From: Glycera tridactyla
Taxonomy: Eukaryota
Direction: 5' to 3'
DNA length: 64,000 nucleotides
Assembly (NCBI GenBank): GCA_965644265.1
Contig: OZ286475.1
Span: 45,632,001 to 45,696,000 of the forward strand
In this document: positions 1 through 14,400 of the stretch, one piece after another
Layout of the letters: the number at the start of each line of letters is the position of its first letter
How positions within the stretch are numbered: position 1 is the stretch's first letter
The notes under the pieces: model-generated
Told to the model about the DNA's origin: nothing
The model's database searches: none
The model's input: only the letters and a program-made list of their open reading frames with translations
Made by a program: the position numbers and the translations under genes

Positions 1-80
1 GTTTGGTATTTGGTATTTGGTGAGCAATGTAGAATTGCACTCCCGTCGTGTATCTTTACACATATATTTGTCTGTTGCAG

Positions 81-149
81 TTTTCGCCAGTAGTACTCTT
101 CTCACACCATCAACCACAGTGACACCGATCAATGACATCCAGTGCTCAG
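81..149 (+). CDS. Ser/Thr-rich linker exon ending the unit that lies upstream of the window
   Basis: ttgcag|...[23 protein letters not shown]|gtatct; 69 nt, phase 1-1; same QC-x-G ending as later linker exons. Confidence 0.75.
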
Positions 150-3100
150 GTATCTACAATTGAATGCTTATCTGTTTGTATGTTCGAGTTTTCAAGTTCT
201 TTCATCCTTCTTGGCTCATATCAGACTGAAGGCACCGCTTGTAGGGGCAGTCCCTTCTCTTTGTGAAGGACTGCGGTGGTCTCTGTACATGCATACAAGA
301 ACTGACTCCGATATACAAAGCCAGCCTTTGATATTCCAGTTGGTATATACTGGACTACCTCTCAACCGCGTCTTATGCCACATGGCAAAACGTGGAGTTC
401 CTATTCTTCTCCTCTGACGTGCCAGACGTCTCAGAAACTTCATTGGCATCCATGTTTGAAAATTTAGAATGTTGCCTGTGGGTGAAATTAGGAAAACTAA
501 AATCTAAGTGATGATATGATAAACATGGCACCATATATGATATAATTGTATATAATGTGATATGATGTGATGTGATACTAAACGATATATTAAGATGTGA
601 TATGTTTGATAGAATATGATACTTTATGATATCTTCAGATATGACCCTGTACCTGTTCATACTCTCACAAACAATCTTACTTTCTTGTTGTGACCATTTC
701 TTTGAGACAATATCTGTTTTGCTATAATGATTTTTTTTCTATGGTGAATGTTTATATCATGGGATCTTATATCTTTCGGTAATGTTTCGTGATGGTGAAG
801 GCAGAGATCTTGACATGATACATCTCTTGAAAATAATGAAGAAGTATGAAAGAATTCTATTTATTGACTCTGTTTGTAGATATCACAGCTGTTGATGGTG
901 AGGGGCCGGACGGGGGTGAGCCATGTGTTTTTCCATTTATATACCGGGGAGAGACTTACTATGAATGTACCAGCATGAGACATGACAAACCCTGGTGTGC
1001 CACAACCTTCGTCTACGAAACGACCCGCTGGGCCAACTGCATCAGTAAGTTGAGGATTTATGTGTGTGTGTGGGGGTGGGTGGGTTTGGTTGTGTATGTA
1101 TTTGTATGTATTATTGATCGATTGATTGATTGCTTGATTTGTGTATGTATTGGCATGTGAGCATGTGTGAGTGGACATGTGTGTATGTGTATGTCATTGT
1201 ATGTTCATGTGAGCGTATGTGTATGTTTCTGTATGTGTATTGTGTGTGTATGTGTGTGTGTGTGTGTATCATTTGCTTTCTGTTTTTTTTTGTCGATGGG
1301 CATACCATACACAATCATGGCGTGGATATTTCATCTATGTGCTACACGTTTTTTGATCTATATCTACTGTTTACCTATTTCATTTCTGAAAATGCCGAGA
1401 CCCAAATTGATAACCCCTATGCAATTCAGACAAATCATACATATTTTTTACCGAATGAATGATACATTGGCTGTGTATGTACAAAAAGGATGTCAAGAAG
1501 GATAGCGATGTGCACGGCTTATGTTTGATGAAACCGTCATTAGCACAGGATTCGCATGAGTGTTTACACATGAATGTTTGTGATTGAAATGTATGTATGT
1601 GTTTGTATGTGTTTCTGTATGTTGATATGTGAAAGGTATAAAGCTAGTCCTTGCTGGTGCGTGGCATCAGGATTAGTTTCGAATCATAAAATTCTGAGCT
1701 GTTTTCATGGAGGTAACTGAGAGGAATCATTCAAATGGCTTTTGATGGGCCCTAATTTGATAACCCCATCACCATCAATAATGGAAACTCATTTTATAAA
1801 TGTTCAGGCTGCCTTTCAGCATCTTGACATTAGTTTTGAATCAAACACTTCCGAACAATTAGGTCCATTCACTTTACCAATCCATAGAAATAATCAAATG
1901 AAATGCCCTTGAGTGTACTCTATATATCTTGTGTTGGCAGTCATATGTAGACATAAATAGCAAACCTGTGCAGTTTACACTGAAGAAACTTCATTACTCT
2001 GTTCTAACAAATTGACTCTGTCCCTTTTTCTGCAGTCAACACAGAATCGGGTGATGAATGCACCTTTCCTTTCACTTACGATGGTACCATCTATAATGAG
2101 TGTACAAGTGTCGACCAGAACCGGCGCTGGTGTGCTACTGTAGCATCACTGGGAGGCTTTGGGAACAGAAACAGATGGGGATACTGTGATATTGCATGTG
2201 AGTAGACACTCTTGGATGCTACGAATCTGGTAACAATGATATATCTTGTTGCACTTTGATGCAAGTGAAGGCTAAGTATCATGAAGGATTTCTCAATCAA
2301 AAGCCTCCAACGAATCCGTCCATTCATCCTTCAGTATTTGTATCCGTCTAACTAATCCTCCTTCTGCCCAGCCATCAAGCCTTCCATCCATCCAGCCATC
2401 CGCCAACCCATCTGTCAATTCATCCATGTATCGACCCATCGACCCATCAATCCATTCTCTTATATATCAATCCATCCATTAATTCATCCACCACCTTCAC
2501 ATGCATGCATCTTCTTAATAATCAACCTATTTAAATCAGCCTTCTCTTTCTTCTAATGGATCCCACAGAATATGGAATTAGACCATTCCAATCCTATTAT
2601 GATGATCATAATAAGGACAGTATGTTGTTGGATAAAATTCATAGAAAAGATGGCCGATGATGATGACCATTTTATAGACATGGTAATATCGATTAGGACA
2701 ATGATAATGATGGTGAGTTAATGCTAATGCTGCTTGTAGTCTTGATATTTATCTCTGATAACTCGACATTATTTCGATATACCTTTTTTCAACAGATGAA
2801 CCTGCCTGTCCTTCATCATGTAAGTTAACCTCTGAGATTCAAATATGTACCATTGTGATAAATTTGAAGAGAAAAACCATGATGGAGCTCAGAGAAAGAC
2901 ATTGATATTGGTTCAAAAACAATGTGTGTAATCCAAATCACTGTGGATGTAGTATAGTTTTATAGTGGTAGTTATCATCGTTATAATTGTATCACTCACA
3001 GAGATGCAGCTTAATGCATAGTGGCAGCTGTGCATTTATAGTTTGCAGGGATAAATTATTGTGTATGCTACTAGATGCCATGACTTATAGTGAGGGTCAC

Positions 3101-6100
3101 AGCAAACCTTTCTTGGGTTTACCTATGGTAAAGGTGGATATATCGTGCAAGAATGTAGCCTGGTTTTGTTCATATGTGTGGCCTTCAATGTACTGTGGAT
3201 TCCACACTCATTAGACAGTCAATTGCACTCATCTGCACAGCAACAGTCACTCTGGTATATGTGAATCATTACACATACTTCGTTATAAATTGAAATTGCT
3301 GACTATGCAAATGCTGGTGGAAGTGTTCAAATCCACTTGACCAGGAAATGGAATTGGTTGTCATATGTGCTTTGGTGATGGATAGCTTCACTGGGATTGC
3401 TTTGGTGATTGATAGCTTCACTGGGATTGCTTCGGCTAAACTTGCCACTATTTGTGTTGCTTCGTGATGCTTTTTCAAACTCTATACAGGATTTCTGAAA
3501 GGTTTGACCCAAATATCATCTCCCATTTGAGAAATGGTCGATGTTTAGTGTTTTGGGAATGTATTGTGACTTTGTGATATATAAGCAATTTGCAGTTGAA
3601 AACGCTCCAACAGCTACCTCTATATAGAATCTGCCTCTGAAAAATATCATTCTGAGGTGTGATTAAGTTGTATTTTATACCGTAGATGACCTATTCCAGA
3701 AGGTCATGTATACTCTATGTAGAGGTTGGCATTTCAAACATCTACCATTTGCAAATACTCTGCACTACCATTTAGAAAACAGTAGTGATTGGTGTAAATC
3801 AGGTACCATCACTGGCAAAATTTCTTGCCAAATACCAGAAATGTCACTGGATATTGAATACAATCCCTCTTTTGATCGCTCAAACCCTCCTTTAATGATT
3901 ATTGGAAATACACTGAATCAGCTCAGGCACTCTCTTGTAATTCTGTTCCAGGAACCTAATTTCAGGTTTTTCCGAACGGAAAATAACCACTGAGAACTCC
4001 TAGCTACATTTGCTTGCAAGAAATAAATTATGGAACAGCCCTTGATGCTAATCGTTGCATATTGTATAGAAATCATCTGCAATCTGTTATACCTGATATT
4101 ATTATTACAGCTTTCGACTATGTTTCATGGCTGTATACCTGGTCAATGTTTTTTAATTCCACAAAATATTTGTATCATCACTATCATTTTCTTATCTATT
4201 TCCACTGGATTTTGATTGATATGAATTTTATCTATAGCTATTCATCTTTATTGTGTTTCCTTTCTACAATATTTTTTTCATGGCAAACAATAATCCCCCC
4301 AACACACACACATACTTATGTCGCTGATGATGGATTGATCATCTTGTGGGAGTGATCTACCACTCTTCTGGCAAATCTACATATTATTGTCGGATGACTT
4401 AAATGTCTATAGAAATGATGTGTATATATACACATATATATTTGTACATCAATATAAATAGATATATGCTCTCTATCTTTCACATGTATCCAACTCAGTA
4501 TTGAAAGTCGGAAGGATAACTATTTCATCGTTACAGAGGGGCCTATTATTTCATAAGTGCAGCTTTGCTCTTGAAGAATAGTACTTTTTTTCTTTCAAAC
4601 AAAAATTGGCCAAAGACAATAATCATCAATCGACTAACTCCCACCCAAAACTGAGCTCTTCTATTTTTCTTTGTTTCAACCTTTGACTGTGGTTTATATC
4701 TATCGAATTCGACTCTAACTTCCTCATACTTCAAGCTGCATTCATGCTGTTTATAACTCATTTGTTCTGTTCCTTTTTGATTTTCAGCTATTTTGCCATA
4801 TCATGCGTTGATGCTTGACTTTACAAAACAATAGCTTGATGCAGCTTGTGTGACACGATGAACACCTTCCTTCTTCATGCAAAGTAAACCGACTAAACTC
4901 AAAAGAGTAATTCTTCATTCATATCCTATATTGAATTCCTTCACCAATGCTGGATTACTCCCTGTGCCCATCATGAATGCGGGATATATCCATATGATTG
5001 TCATCTGCACAACTACATTCGATATCTGATCCTACCCATATGACTGCATTCAATACTAAATACCATCAACAAGACATGTGAGACATGTGAATTGAGTTGT
5101 ATCCTATTAGGTATCCAGGATTTTGAAATTCAACAAGAAAGACCAACCAATTCGGCAATGCAGTCAGTTGTGGGACAAATATAGGGGAGTTTCACAATGT
5201 GGGTACTATCGCAAAGAAATGGCGATGATGGAATGTTCGGGAGGAGTATTGGCCATATGAATGAGCATACACTTGTCCAATCAGCCGCGAGGAAGATCTT
5301 AACCCCAAAACGACAATATGTCCAAACACAGCAACACTTATTTCTGCATTTGCTATTTTTTGGGAAATGTTCACAATGATGTTATCACTCAAAGACCAGA
5401 CCACGTACCTGGTCTTCAAGTGGTAGCTCTGTTCCAATTCAACAAGCCCTGATATTATCATAATTAATGCAGGGCCTGATATGACAAGGCAGCAAACCCC
5501 ACTTGGATGGGCACTTGCATGGTCTTATCGCTCAAGACAATAACACCTTTTTTGTATGTGACAGGTGCATCAATGTGGAAACACGATGATGTACTACTTA
5601 TTTTATCTCCGGAACTCATTACGAACTAGCCTGAAAGATAGACTGGCTAATTGTGTACTAGTGTCAGATAAGTCATGACTGGCCTATTCTGTGATCAATT
5701 CAAAAAGTTCAACAACTACTCGATATACAGTACACTAGAATGATGAAGATCATCAGAGCGAAATAGAGGCACTTATACGTAAAGAAAAGAAACCTACTAA
5801 TTAACAAAATAACAGCTAACAGATTTTGGATGAATGATGTGGCAAGTGATGTAGGTCAAATGACTGAATGCTTTCAGCACAAACGATACATGTTGGAAAA
5901 TAGAAAGATTATAAGATGGATTGAAATTAATTGGCTATAAGTTATGATGGAAAACAATAGAGGCACATTTTCATTCTTGCTTGCACTAGAGGCATTTCTC
6001 AGTCTGATTATGCATGCATTGCCATTGTTTCTTGCTGGAGTTCTTAACTATCCAGTCAAAATGGCTATCCCCAAACAGAATCGTTCAGATTAGCTTGTCT

Positions 6101-8337
6101 TGGCACCAAGCATGTACTGAAGCAATGTTAAGAAAGTGATCATTGGCAGGGGTCCATCATAGGTTTATGAGTACGCAACTGGAACGTCTATGGAAAGTCT
6201 TTTTGAAGCTTGCTGACCTCACCTGATAGAAAATTAACATAACAAACTTTCATCAACAGCAAAAGCACCATCATGCTGGTCACTCTTGGGTGAACAGTAA
6301 CAGATAACCAACTTACATCAATCGCAGAAATCACACAATCAAATTGATTATCATTGAGCAATTTCTTCTTGTCTAAAGCTTTGTAAGCCTGACAACACTA
6401 ATTTGCTTTTGAGATCAATGTTGTATCTTTTAAATGCATGTACAATTTTTCGGCAATGTGTTGAAATTAGTCAATTTTTTCGCAGCTCTTTAGCATCTCA
6501 AAAATAACCGAACCTGACAGTAGTGCATATTGACTGGCCTGCCTAGATAACTTGATACTCTAAGTGTATCACTGCCTGACTACTGAGGATGACACTAACA
6601 TATGCAAAGTGATATGAGTGTTATTTCCTCATTTCCGATTTATTGTAGAACATCCAACTGAATGGCTGGAGAGGTTCCATACAACCAGCAGGATGCTCAA
6701 TCCACAAAGGCTGATGAAGATTTTTGATGCCCAAAATTGCTTCACAAGGACGAAATGCTTATTGCATCTTGGAAAACAATTCTCAAATTGAACAAATATG
6801 TGGATGGAAACTACAGAAACAACTTTTCAGCCAGGACATCCATCTTGCACATTCAATACATGTTGTTATCGATTTGATGATGTCGTACATAAGGGCACAC
6901 CATACAAATTCTCATGCCTCATCCAAATGAATACATTGCAAAGTGGACATTCTGATGTCATGTTTTCGTAGTGCTCATGTGTATAATATTCCTATTCTCT
7001 GACCATTGAAAGGACATTCATCATCATATTTATTGACCAGAAGCTGATTATCCGTAAAGAAATACTGGGATCATGAGGAGTCATTCACTAGTATGGTAAG
7101 AAATGATGTGGTCCATTAGAGTGAGATGTGGTATGAAAACTGACCTTGTGACAAGCATGACCAATTCTCAGGGTATGGTTTGCACTCGAATCGAACCGAA
7201 CCTACTGTAGTAAGTGTGTTTTCAAGTCACTGTGTTCCAAGGAGGTTACCTCATATTGACATTCACCAACAAGCAAGGGACTATCTGATGGATGCTGAGT
7301 TGGAGATGACTGAGGAACTACTATATATCTGTAGTACATAATGAGAATTCATGAAGGTTGTCCAATCATCATCTTTGCTATCAACATATACGGTTCATCA
7401 GTTCAAAGGTTCATCGGGCACTGAAGTAATATCAAGCAACTACCGAGTATGCACAGATCTGTGAAATATAGTGGATTGTCAAGACCACAAGAATTTTGGG
7501 TATCAAAAAATGTCCATGCCAAGGAAACCCCTCAACTTCATTTCTCACAGGAATTTAACTACCATTGATAATTGTTTCGACACATGATGAATTGGACCGC
7601 ACTAGGTAGGGAACCGATATCTTCTGACTTCTCAGGACTTTTCAAATGTTAGTTGAAGGGCGTTTCATATGTATATATATATATGTATATATGTGTGGGT
7701 GTGTTTGAGTGTGTGTGTTTATGTATATAGTATGTGTGTGTTTGGATGTGTGTGAGTATGTGGGTGTTTGTGTACATGCAAAAACCTGTTTAAGAATTCA
7801 CATCAAATCTGATACTTCGTGTACATATCACTGACTGATGTTATGCTGATGATAGAAGATGCATCATAATATCTATATATCTGACTATCAAATGCACAAA
7901 TTCCGTAATAAACTATGTTGCTCCATTCAATCCTGGATTTTATGCCTGATACCTGCATCTTGATTTTTTTACATACATTTTGAGGGTTTTTCATGCCTGC
8001 TTTTCCTTATATAGCCAAATTTTATGCTACATTATATCAATGTGAGTGCTTGCAGAGCCTTATATTATCCATATCGGCTGCACATGGGATGGCATGTCAA
8101 ACAATTGCTTTATTATACATCCGCTTTCGGAGGGCCGACATATCTGCTCCGAGTTGTTCCAGACAACAGGATGGAAGCACACACATGCACGCACACAAAC
8201 ACACACACAAACACACATACAAAGCCATTCACGAAATAATGTTTTCATGGAAAACTCCAGAATTATTATGATCGATATTGATATAAATATATCATTGGCA
8301 TCTAACATCCAATTATAATCATAAACACTTGCACCCT

Positions 8338-8418
<81 letters not shown>

Positions 8419-11400
8419 CACACACATAATCATGCAGAAACAGACACAGAAACACACACACACGAAAGGTTTCACAAAAGACTACAATCGATTGAAGGAT
8501 TGTACTCAATCAGCAACTGAATCTCGACATGATGTTCACACCTTTGACGTTATGAGAGAAAGTGCGAATGCATGGATTCATCAACCAACTACTGAAGTGA
8601 AACAAATTTGAAGAAAATGAATGGTTTAGCAGAAAGAAGGGGATGTATGTGCAAACGAATCGCAGCCAGTGTAAGATAATTGAAACTGCAGAATTCGTCT
8701 CATTTCAGGCTACACTCAAATATCCTATACTTCTCGTACATACGGCACTCACTGGGAGAGATCCAAAATGTGGAAACTCGAACATATCAATGATGCTGCT
8801 GGGAAGCAGTACAATAATCATAGGTTTCGAGAATATTGAGATAACAAAATGAGCACTGAATAAGAGATGTTTGAAAAACAATTCCCCATATCTCACTTTG
8901 ATGGTGAACGAATCTTGAATGTTTGGAATCGAAAAAAACACCCGCTCATCCCATTTTTAATGTGATGCAACTTTATTTGATCCTCGATTTTTGAATTTAC
9001 TATAGTATCACTAGTTTATCTCATTAGCTTTGACCATTTTCCAAATTGGTATGCTCTTTGAGAAGTGAGTACGAGTAGAGTGTAAAGATAGGTGAACTTG
9101 ATGAGGCCCCAGTCGCTCAACAACCACATCTACATTGCTCATCATTTTTTGTAATTGTAGCACCTTTGAGCACAGAGATGCCTTTCAGCACCCGTGGAAG
9201 CAGCACAGTTATAACACCAACAACTTCAATGTCTTCCGGCACCCAATGCCCAGGTAAATATCACGCTTTAGACCGCTGTATCCCAAGCCAGGAGATCAAT
9301 TGATTCGATGGTTAATTCATTTATGGACTGAGGGATACATTTATTGATGTTTTGTATGTTTTCATCCTGGAATGAATAGGACAGAAACTTCGGAATTTGT
9401 CGGAAACTCAGACCTATGTGAGAACAAGTATCAAATATCACATGTATGACATTTCTTTTTCTGAAAGAAAGTACCCTGTCTCCAGCAGTCAGGGGTGAAA
9501 TTCATGTAGAGATATTGTTATATTGTCCTATTGGATAGATTCATGGTATGGCGGATGGATGATAGCACGAGTTTCTGGTGCAGGTGAAATCTTCCAAATT
9601 TCTTCACATTATAAGTGGTCAACTATGGCTCATATTGATCTCCAACACACAACATTGTTGTTTAGTTGGCAACACTTTGGATACATTGTGATATCGAAGA
9701 GATCATGATCAATGAACGCTATGAAAAATCCTTAATATGGGTATTAAAATAACATATCGAATTGCTGTCTCTGTCATGCGAATTCATCAAACATATGTTA
9801 AGCTCTTGTCATCTCTGTCGGAATTTTAGAGGTCACCACTTCCGGTAGATGTAACTTCCCATTCACCTACCGAGGGAACACCTACTATGAGTGTACTTCA
9901 GTGCGATTCACACAGCCATGGTGCTCCACAACTGCTGTATACTCAGGACAATGGGGAAACTGTACAAGTAGGTCTTTGCATCTATCAATATGATTTCTTT
10001 CAATATCATTCCTTCCCTTTCCCTTTTTGTGGATATATATTCTTAGGTTCATGAATGATTTTTCTCAGAAGGGTCTGTGCAATTCACATGATGTGAGTGT
10101 GGGTATTTCTAACAACATGTTGAGATGTACATCAGTACATATATCATTCGTTTCATGATAATTCGGTAGTTAGAACATGGATTTCTAAGCTGATATCAGA
10201 ATGTGCATCATCAGGATAACACATGAAAAGTTTTGTGAGAGTGTGGGCATTCTGCATTAATGTGATGATATCTATCAATGTGACCGCAGTGACAAGGTAT
10301 CTTGTTGACCTTGTATGAAAATCGATCACATGTGGCTTTATGCGGTGTGTATCACCACTATAAATCGGTTGTTTTTCATGCGACACTTGTTTGTCTTCAA
10401 TCTTAGTCCATAAACAATACTTGTCTCGCCCAAATGTGAGACCAATAGAGAATGCCTCATATATCGGTTCAAAACTGTTCTTTGCCATGATGTGTTCCTG
10501 TCTGCATTACTCTCTCGATATACTTCATGATGTCATGACCGGTTTCATTCTTGCATCTGGAGGACATTCTAGTAGTAACCTCTGACAAAAGTTGATCTTA
10601 TATCCACATGAGTTCTACATGCACCTTTCAGGCAACTCACGATCAGATGTGTCTTTTTCAGTTAGGACAACGTCAGGGGATGATTGTAATTTTCCTTTCA
10701 CCTATCGTGGTGAAACATACAATGAGTGTACATCAGTCGATCAAAGTGGTTCCTGGTGTGCAACGGTCGCATCACTCAATGGTTTCGCGAATACTGCTAG
10801 ATGGGGTTACTGCAACATCATATGTGAGTAGTACATTCTCCAGATTGACCTACTATTTGACAAGTTAGACTCGACATTTTTTGTGAGGGGGATTGAGAGA
10901 GATGCTCCCACTGCTCTGAGATCGATGATATAGATATCTTCCGGACTTTGTAATCATCCAGAATTATCTTTTTGATACAATCCCAGAGAATACAGGATTC
11001 AGATTCGAAAATTTTACGATAGGAACATTCCTCTTTGTTGGCACTGAATAGAATCACAGAAGCAACTTGATTGCTAGGAATTTGCCAAGTTAACAATTTT
11101 CAATGTCTAAAACCTTATCTATTTTTCTTGTTCCAAAGCATTATCATCTGACTCGGGATATGACTGGACACTGGTCTTCCCCTAAGTTACATGGACTTGG
11201 GGCAGAAAGGCTGTCGGTAGATTTGAATGGAGTTTCAGCCAATAGGCAGTAGTGCCAGTAATATTTGTTTATCATTTAGCTGATCAAACAGAGGGTAGAC
11301 ACTTGATTTAGTTCGTGTGGCAATGCTGGTTTGATGTCTGTATTCTTGAACTTTTCAACTGATGGATTATCTATTTCTTTACAGATGAGCCTGATTGTTC

Positions 11401-14400
11401 ACTCTCAAGTAAGTCAACCTCTCTCTTATTCGAGTACTACCATACACAAGCATCAAAGGAGTTGATTTGATTTTCAGGATATACTAGCTTTTTAGTACCA
11501 AAACTAAAGTACACTTAAACTTCAAAAAATGGATATATGGAGTCCTTCCCTGTCTCGATTTTCTTATTAGGATCTTCACTGAAACGCATCAGTTTTCTAC
11601 AAATAGATAGTAGAGTGAATAAGGAATCAATCTTTCGTATTTTTCCAAACGTTTCACCCATTCATTACCTGAAGTATAATCATATTGCAGCTATGTTGAG
11701 TACTCCTTCAAGCACTTTCACCCCTTCAACCGCTTTCCCCGTTTCATCGAGTTTTGGCCCCTCAACTACGATGCAAAGAACACAATGTACAGGTAAGAAG
11801 ATATGACATCTCATCACAGGACTCAAAATTCCCTCTTTGACTACAGTCCTGCTACTTTTCCTTCCTATCCCCTTTTCTATGTGAGTATTCTTTTGCTATT
11901 GTCTTTGTTTCACTGATCAAATACAGGCATTGCTTTCTGTCTCTGTTCTTACTATTCTCTACTGAATGATGATTCATGTTAGAGAGATGTATGGCCTGAG
12001 CTATTCACAAGAACTGAGATAGTAGTCGCCCCATCTTGAATTTGATAGCAATTGCCTACTGGGTCGGTGAAAGGTTCGGATGTTGTGGTGTCCTATCCAA
12101 CCTGTGGCTCATTGATGAATGGCCAACTTATTTAGCAGAAAATACTCCTGAGAAAAGAAAACCCTCCTCTCTGCAGAATAATTGGGTGGATTTCCAATGT
12201 GCATGCAATGCCATCGACACACCATTGATGATCATATTGAGGTTAACAGGTGGAAACTCAAATTTCTTCCTGACTTATGCTTGGAAGACATGGATTTACC
12301 ATGTCATACCTGGATCTGTGCATTTGGAGAAGCTATACAATCAATTGAAACAAATACGAAATTCTATATCTCTATTTTTCTGCTGTCATCAAATGTCTTA
12401 TCCACAAAAAATCAAGATCAACTCTGTATACCCATAGTCAAATCATAATTTTGACAGTCAAACTGTCCATGCAATGACCACCCATGATGACCATAATATC
12501 ATTTATGACATACTGACTGACTTTCCACGTAAGTCACATCATCATGGAACCGAGGTTTGTGTGGATGATTTGGCCTATTCCTTCAAATATCACTTTTTTT
12601 CTAAATAGTGAGAACCTTAGAGGATGATGAAGGGCCAGACGCAGGTGCTTTCTGTGTATTTCCATTCACCTTCCGAGGAAATACTTACTATGAATGTACC
12701 TCTGAGAGACATAATAAACCCTGGTGTGCCACAGCAAGTGTCTATCAATCCAGCCGCTGGGGCAATTGTAGAAGTGAGTATACATCTATTCCATCTGATC
12801 TGTGTCTCATTATGAAACTTTTAACATCTCAGAATCATACCCCATAGTTACATAATGGGAAATTGTGAGTGGATGAAAAGTTGTACACGAAAGTGAACTG
12901 TGTCTCATTGTGAAGTTACCATTCGCTATGCATTTATACCATCGCCTTTCAACGTATCAGTGGTCTCTTAGATAGATTGGAAGTATCCACTTATGGGATT
13001 TATATAGGAGTACCCTCAATTTTGTTGGAAAATAATTCTGCTCACTCACAAAGAGCCTATCACAGAGGTAGCAGATCTATTCCGCACACTGCTAGCACAG
13101 TCACACAAGAGGGTCGTCTTTTTCCCAATGTTATTCATTGAACTCAGAGACCTTTGCCAAAATGTATTCAAGAAATAAATTGAAAAAACAGGCATGTGAG
13201 CCTTACAATGTCTACTCACCTGCATATGATAAATTGACTCTCTGCTCCCTTCTCTTCAAGCACTCTCAATTATCTACATTTTCCTCCATAGAAACCATTT
13301 TGACATACGAATGCAGGTTCAGAATACCAACTTTTCGAATAGGCGCAGAGTGGGGAGTGTTCTTACATTGAATTGGCTCCTCTCATGTACTGAATGAATC
13401 ATGACATATGGATGGGCTCATTTGGCAAAACTTATATGTATCTGTTATGCTTCAGTCTTGACCGAGCAAGGGAATGAGTGTGTATTTCCATTTACCTATG
13501 ATGGACTGGAATATACGGAATGTACTAAGGTGGATCAGAACCAGCCATGGTGTGCCACTGTGGCCTCTATAGGTGGTTTTGGCAACCAAAATCGATGGGG
13601 CTACTGCAGTATTGCATGTAAGTATTGGAAATCAGCAATAATATAGTTCTGTTACTCATCTTCTTGCTTGTTCATCAGATTATGAAGTTCATCACTGCTC
13701 TCCTCAGTTGAGTGCACATTTGTAATTGAACCTATCCAGCCACTGAAGGAGATCTGCTGGCACCAATGATTTCAGAATTGGCAGCGAAATCACTGAAAAG
13801 CAAGAAGGGAACCTTTCCATCATATTTTCAACTCTGAGCAAATGAATTTGATCAGGTTTTGCCAAGTTTTCCCCGAAAAAGGCATGCAACAGCAAAGTCC
13901 TCACTTGGTGAATTGATGATATTTATAATGCTCTTATTTGATTTATTCACTTGAACCAGTCCAGCAAAAAGGTGGTCACATGTCTGTCTGAGATATACTC
14001 AGGAAATCGAATTGAGAGTATGTAATTTCTGGAATTCCTAATATCTCCAGAGGGCTGGCAACACAGTTGATCGATGATTTCGTCAACTGTCTCTGACAAC
14101 CTTCAGCTTGCTTGAATAGGCCATTCTTGCATGAGTGTGAGTGACTTGCTGCATTGGTCATCCATTAATGTGAATGATGCTCACAAATCTTTTTCATTTT
14201 CCGCTAGTGCCTCAGATATTGTTGATGACAACATCAACATTTGTATCATTTATCTCTGGATGAATTCAGATAGTTCTGCATGTATATTTTGCTTACCTTT
14301 GCAGATGAGCCCGACTGCTTTGGCTCAAGTGAGTATGATTGAACAAATTGATGATATCCATATCCCTCTGGAACTTACAGTACAATTTTGTTACATATCT

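Noticed and set aside
5100-7400. Purine-rich intronic stretch that might be a decayed LINE (a WNVYG-like word near 6180 recalls an APE endonuclease motif)
   Set aside because: No sustained frame or second motif could be recovered by eye; it needs a translated repeat-library search.
8060-8520. ORFs of 149 aa and similar with VCVC/HTHT runs (also 861-1505 and 51606-52014)
   Set aside because: Translations of CA/GT and GA microsatellites.
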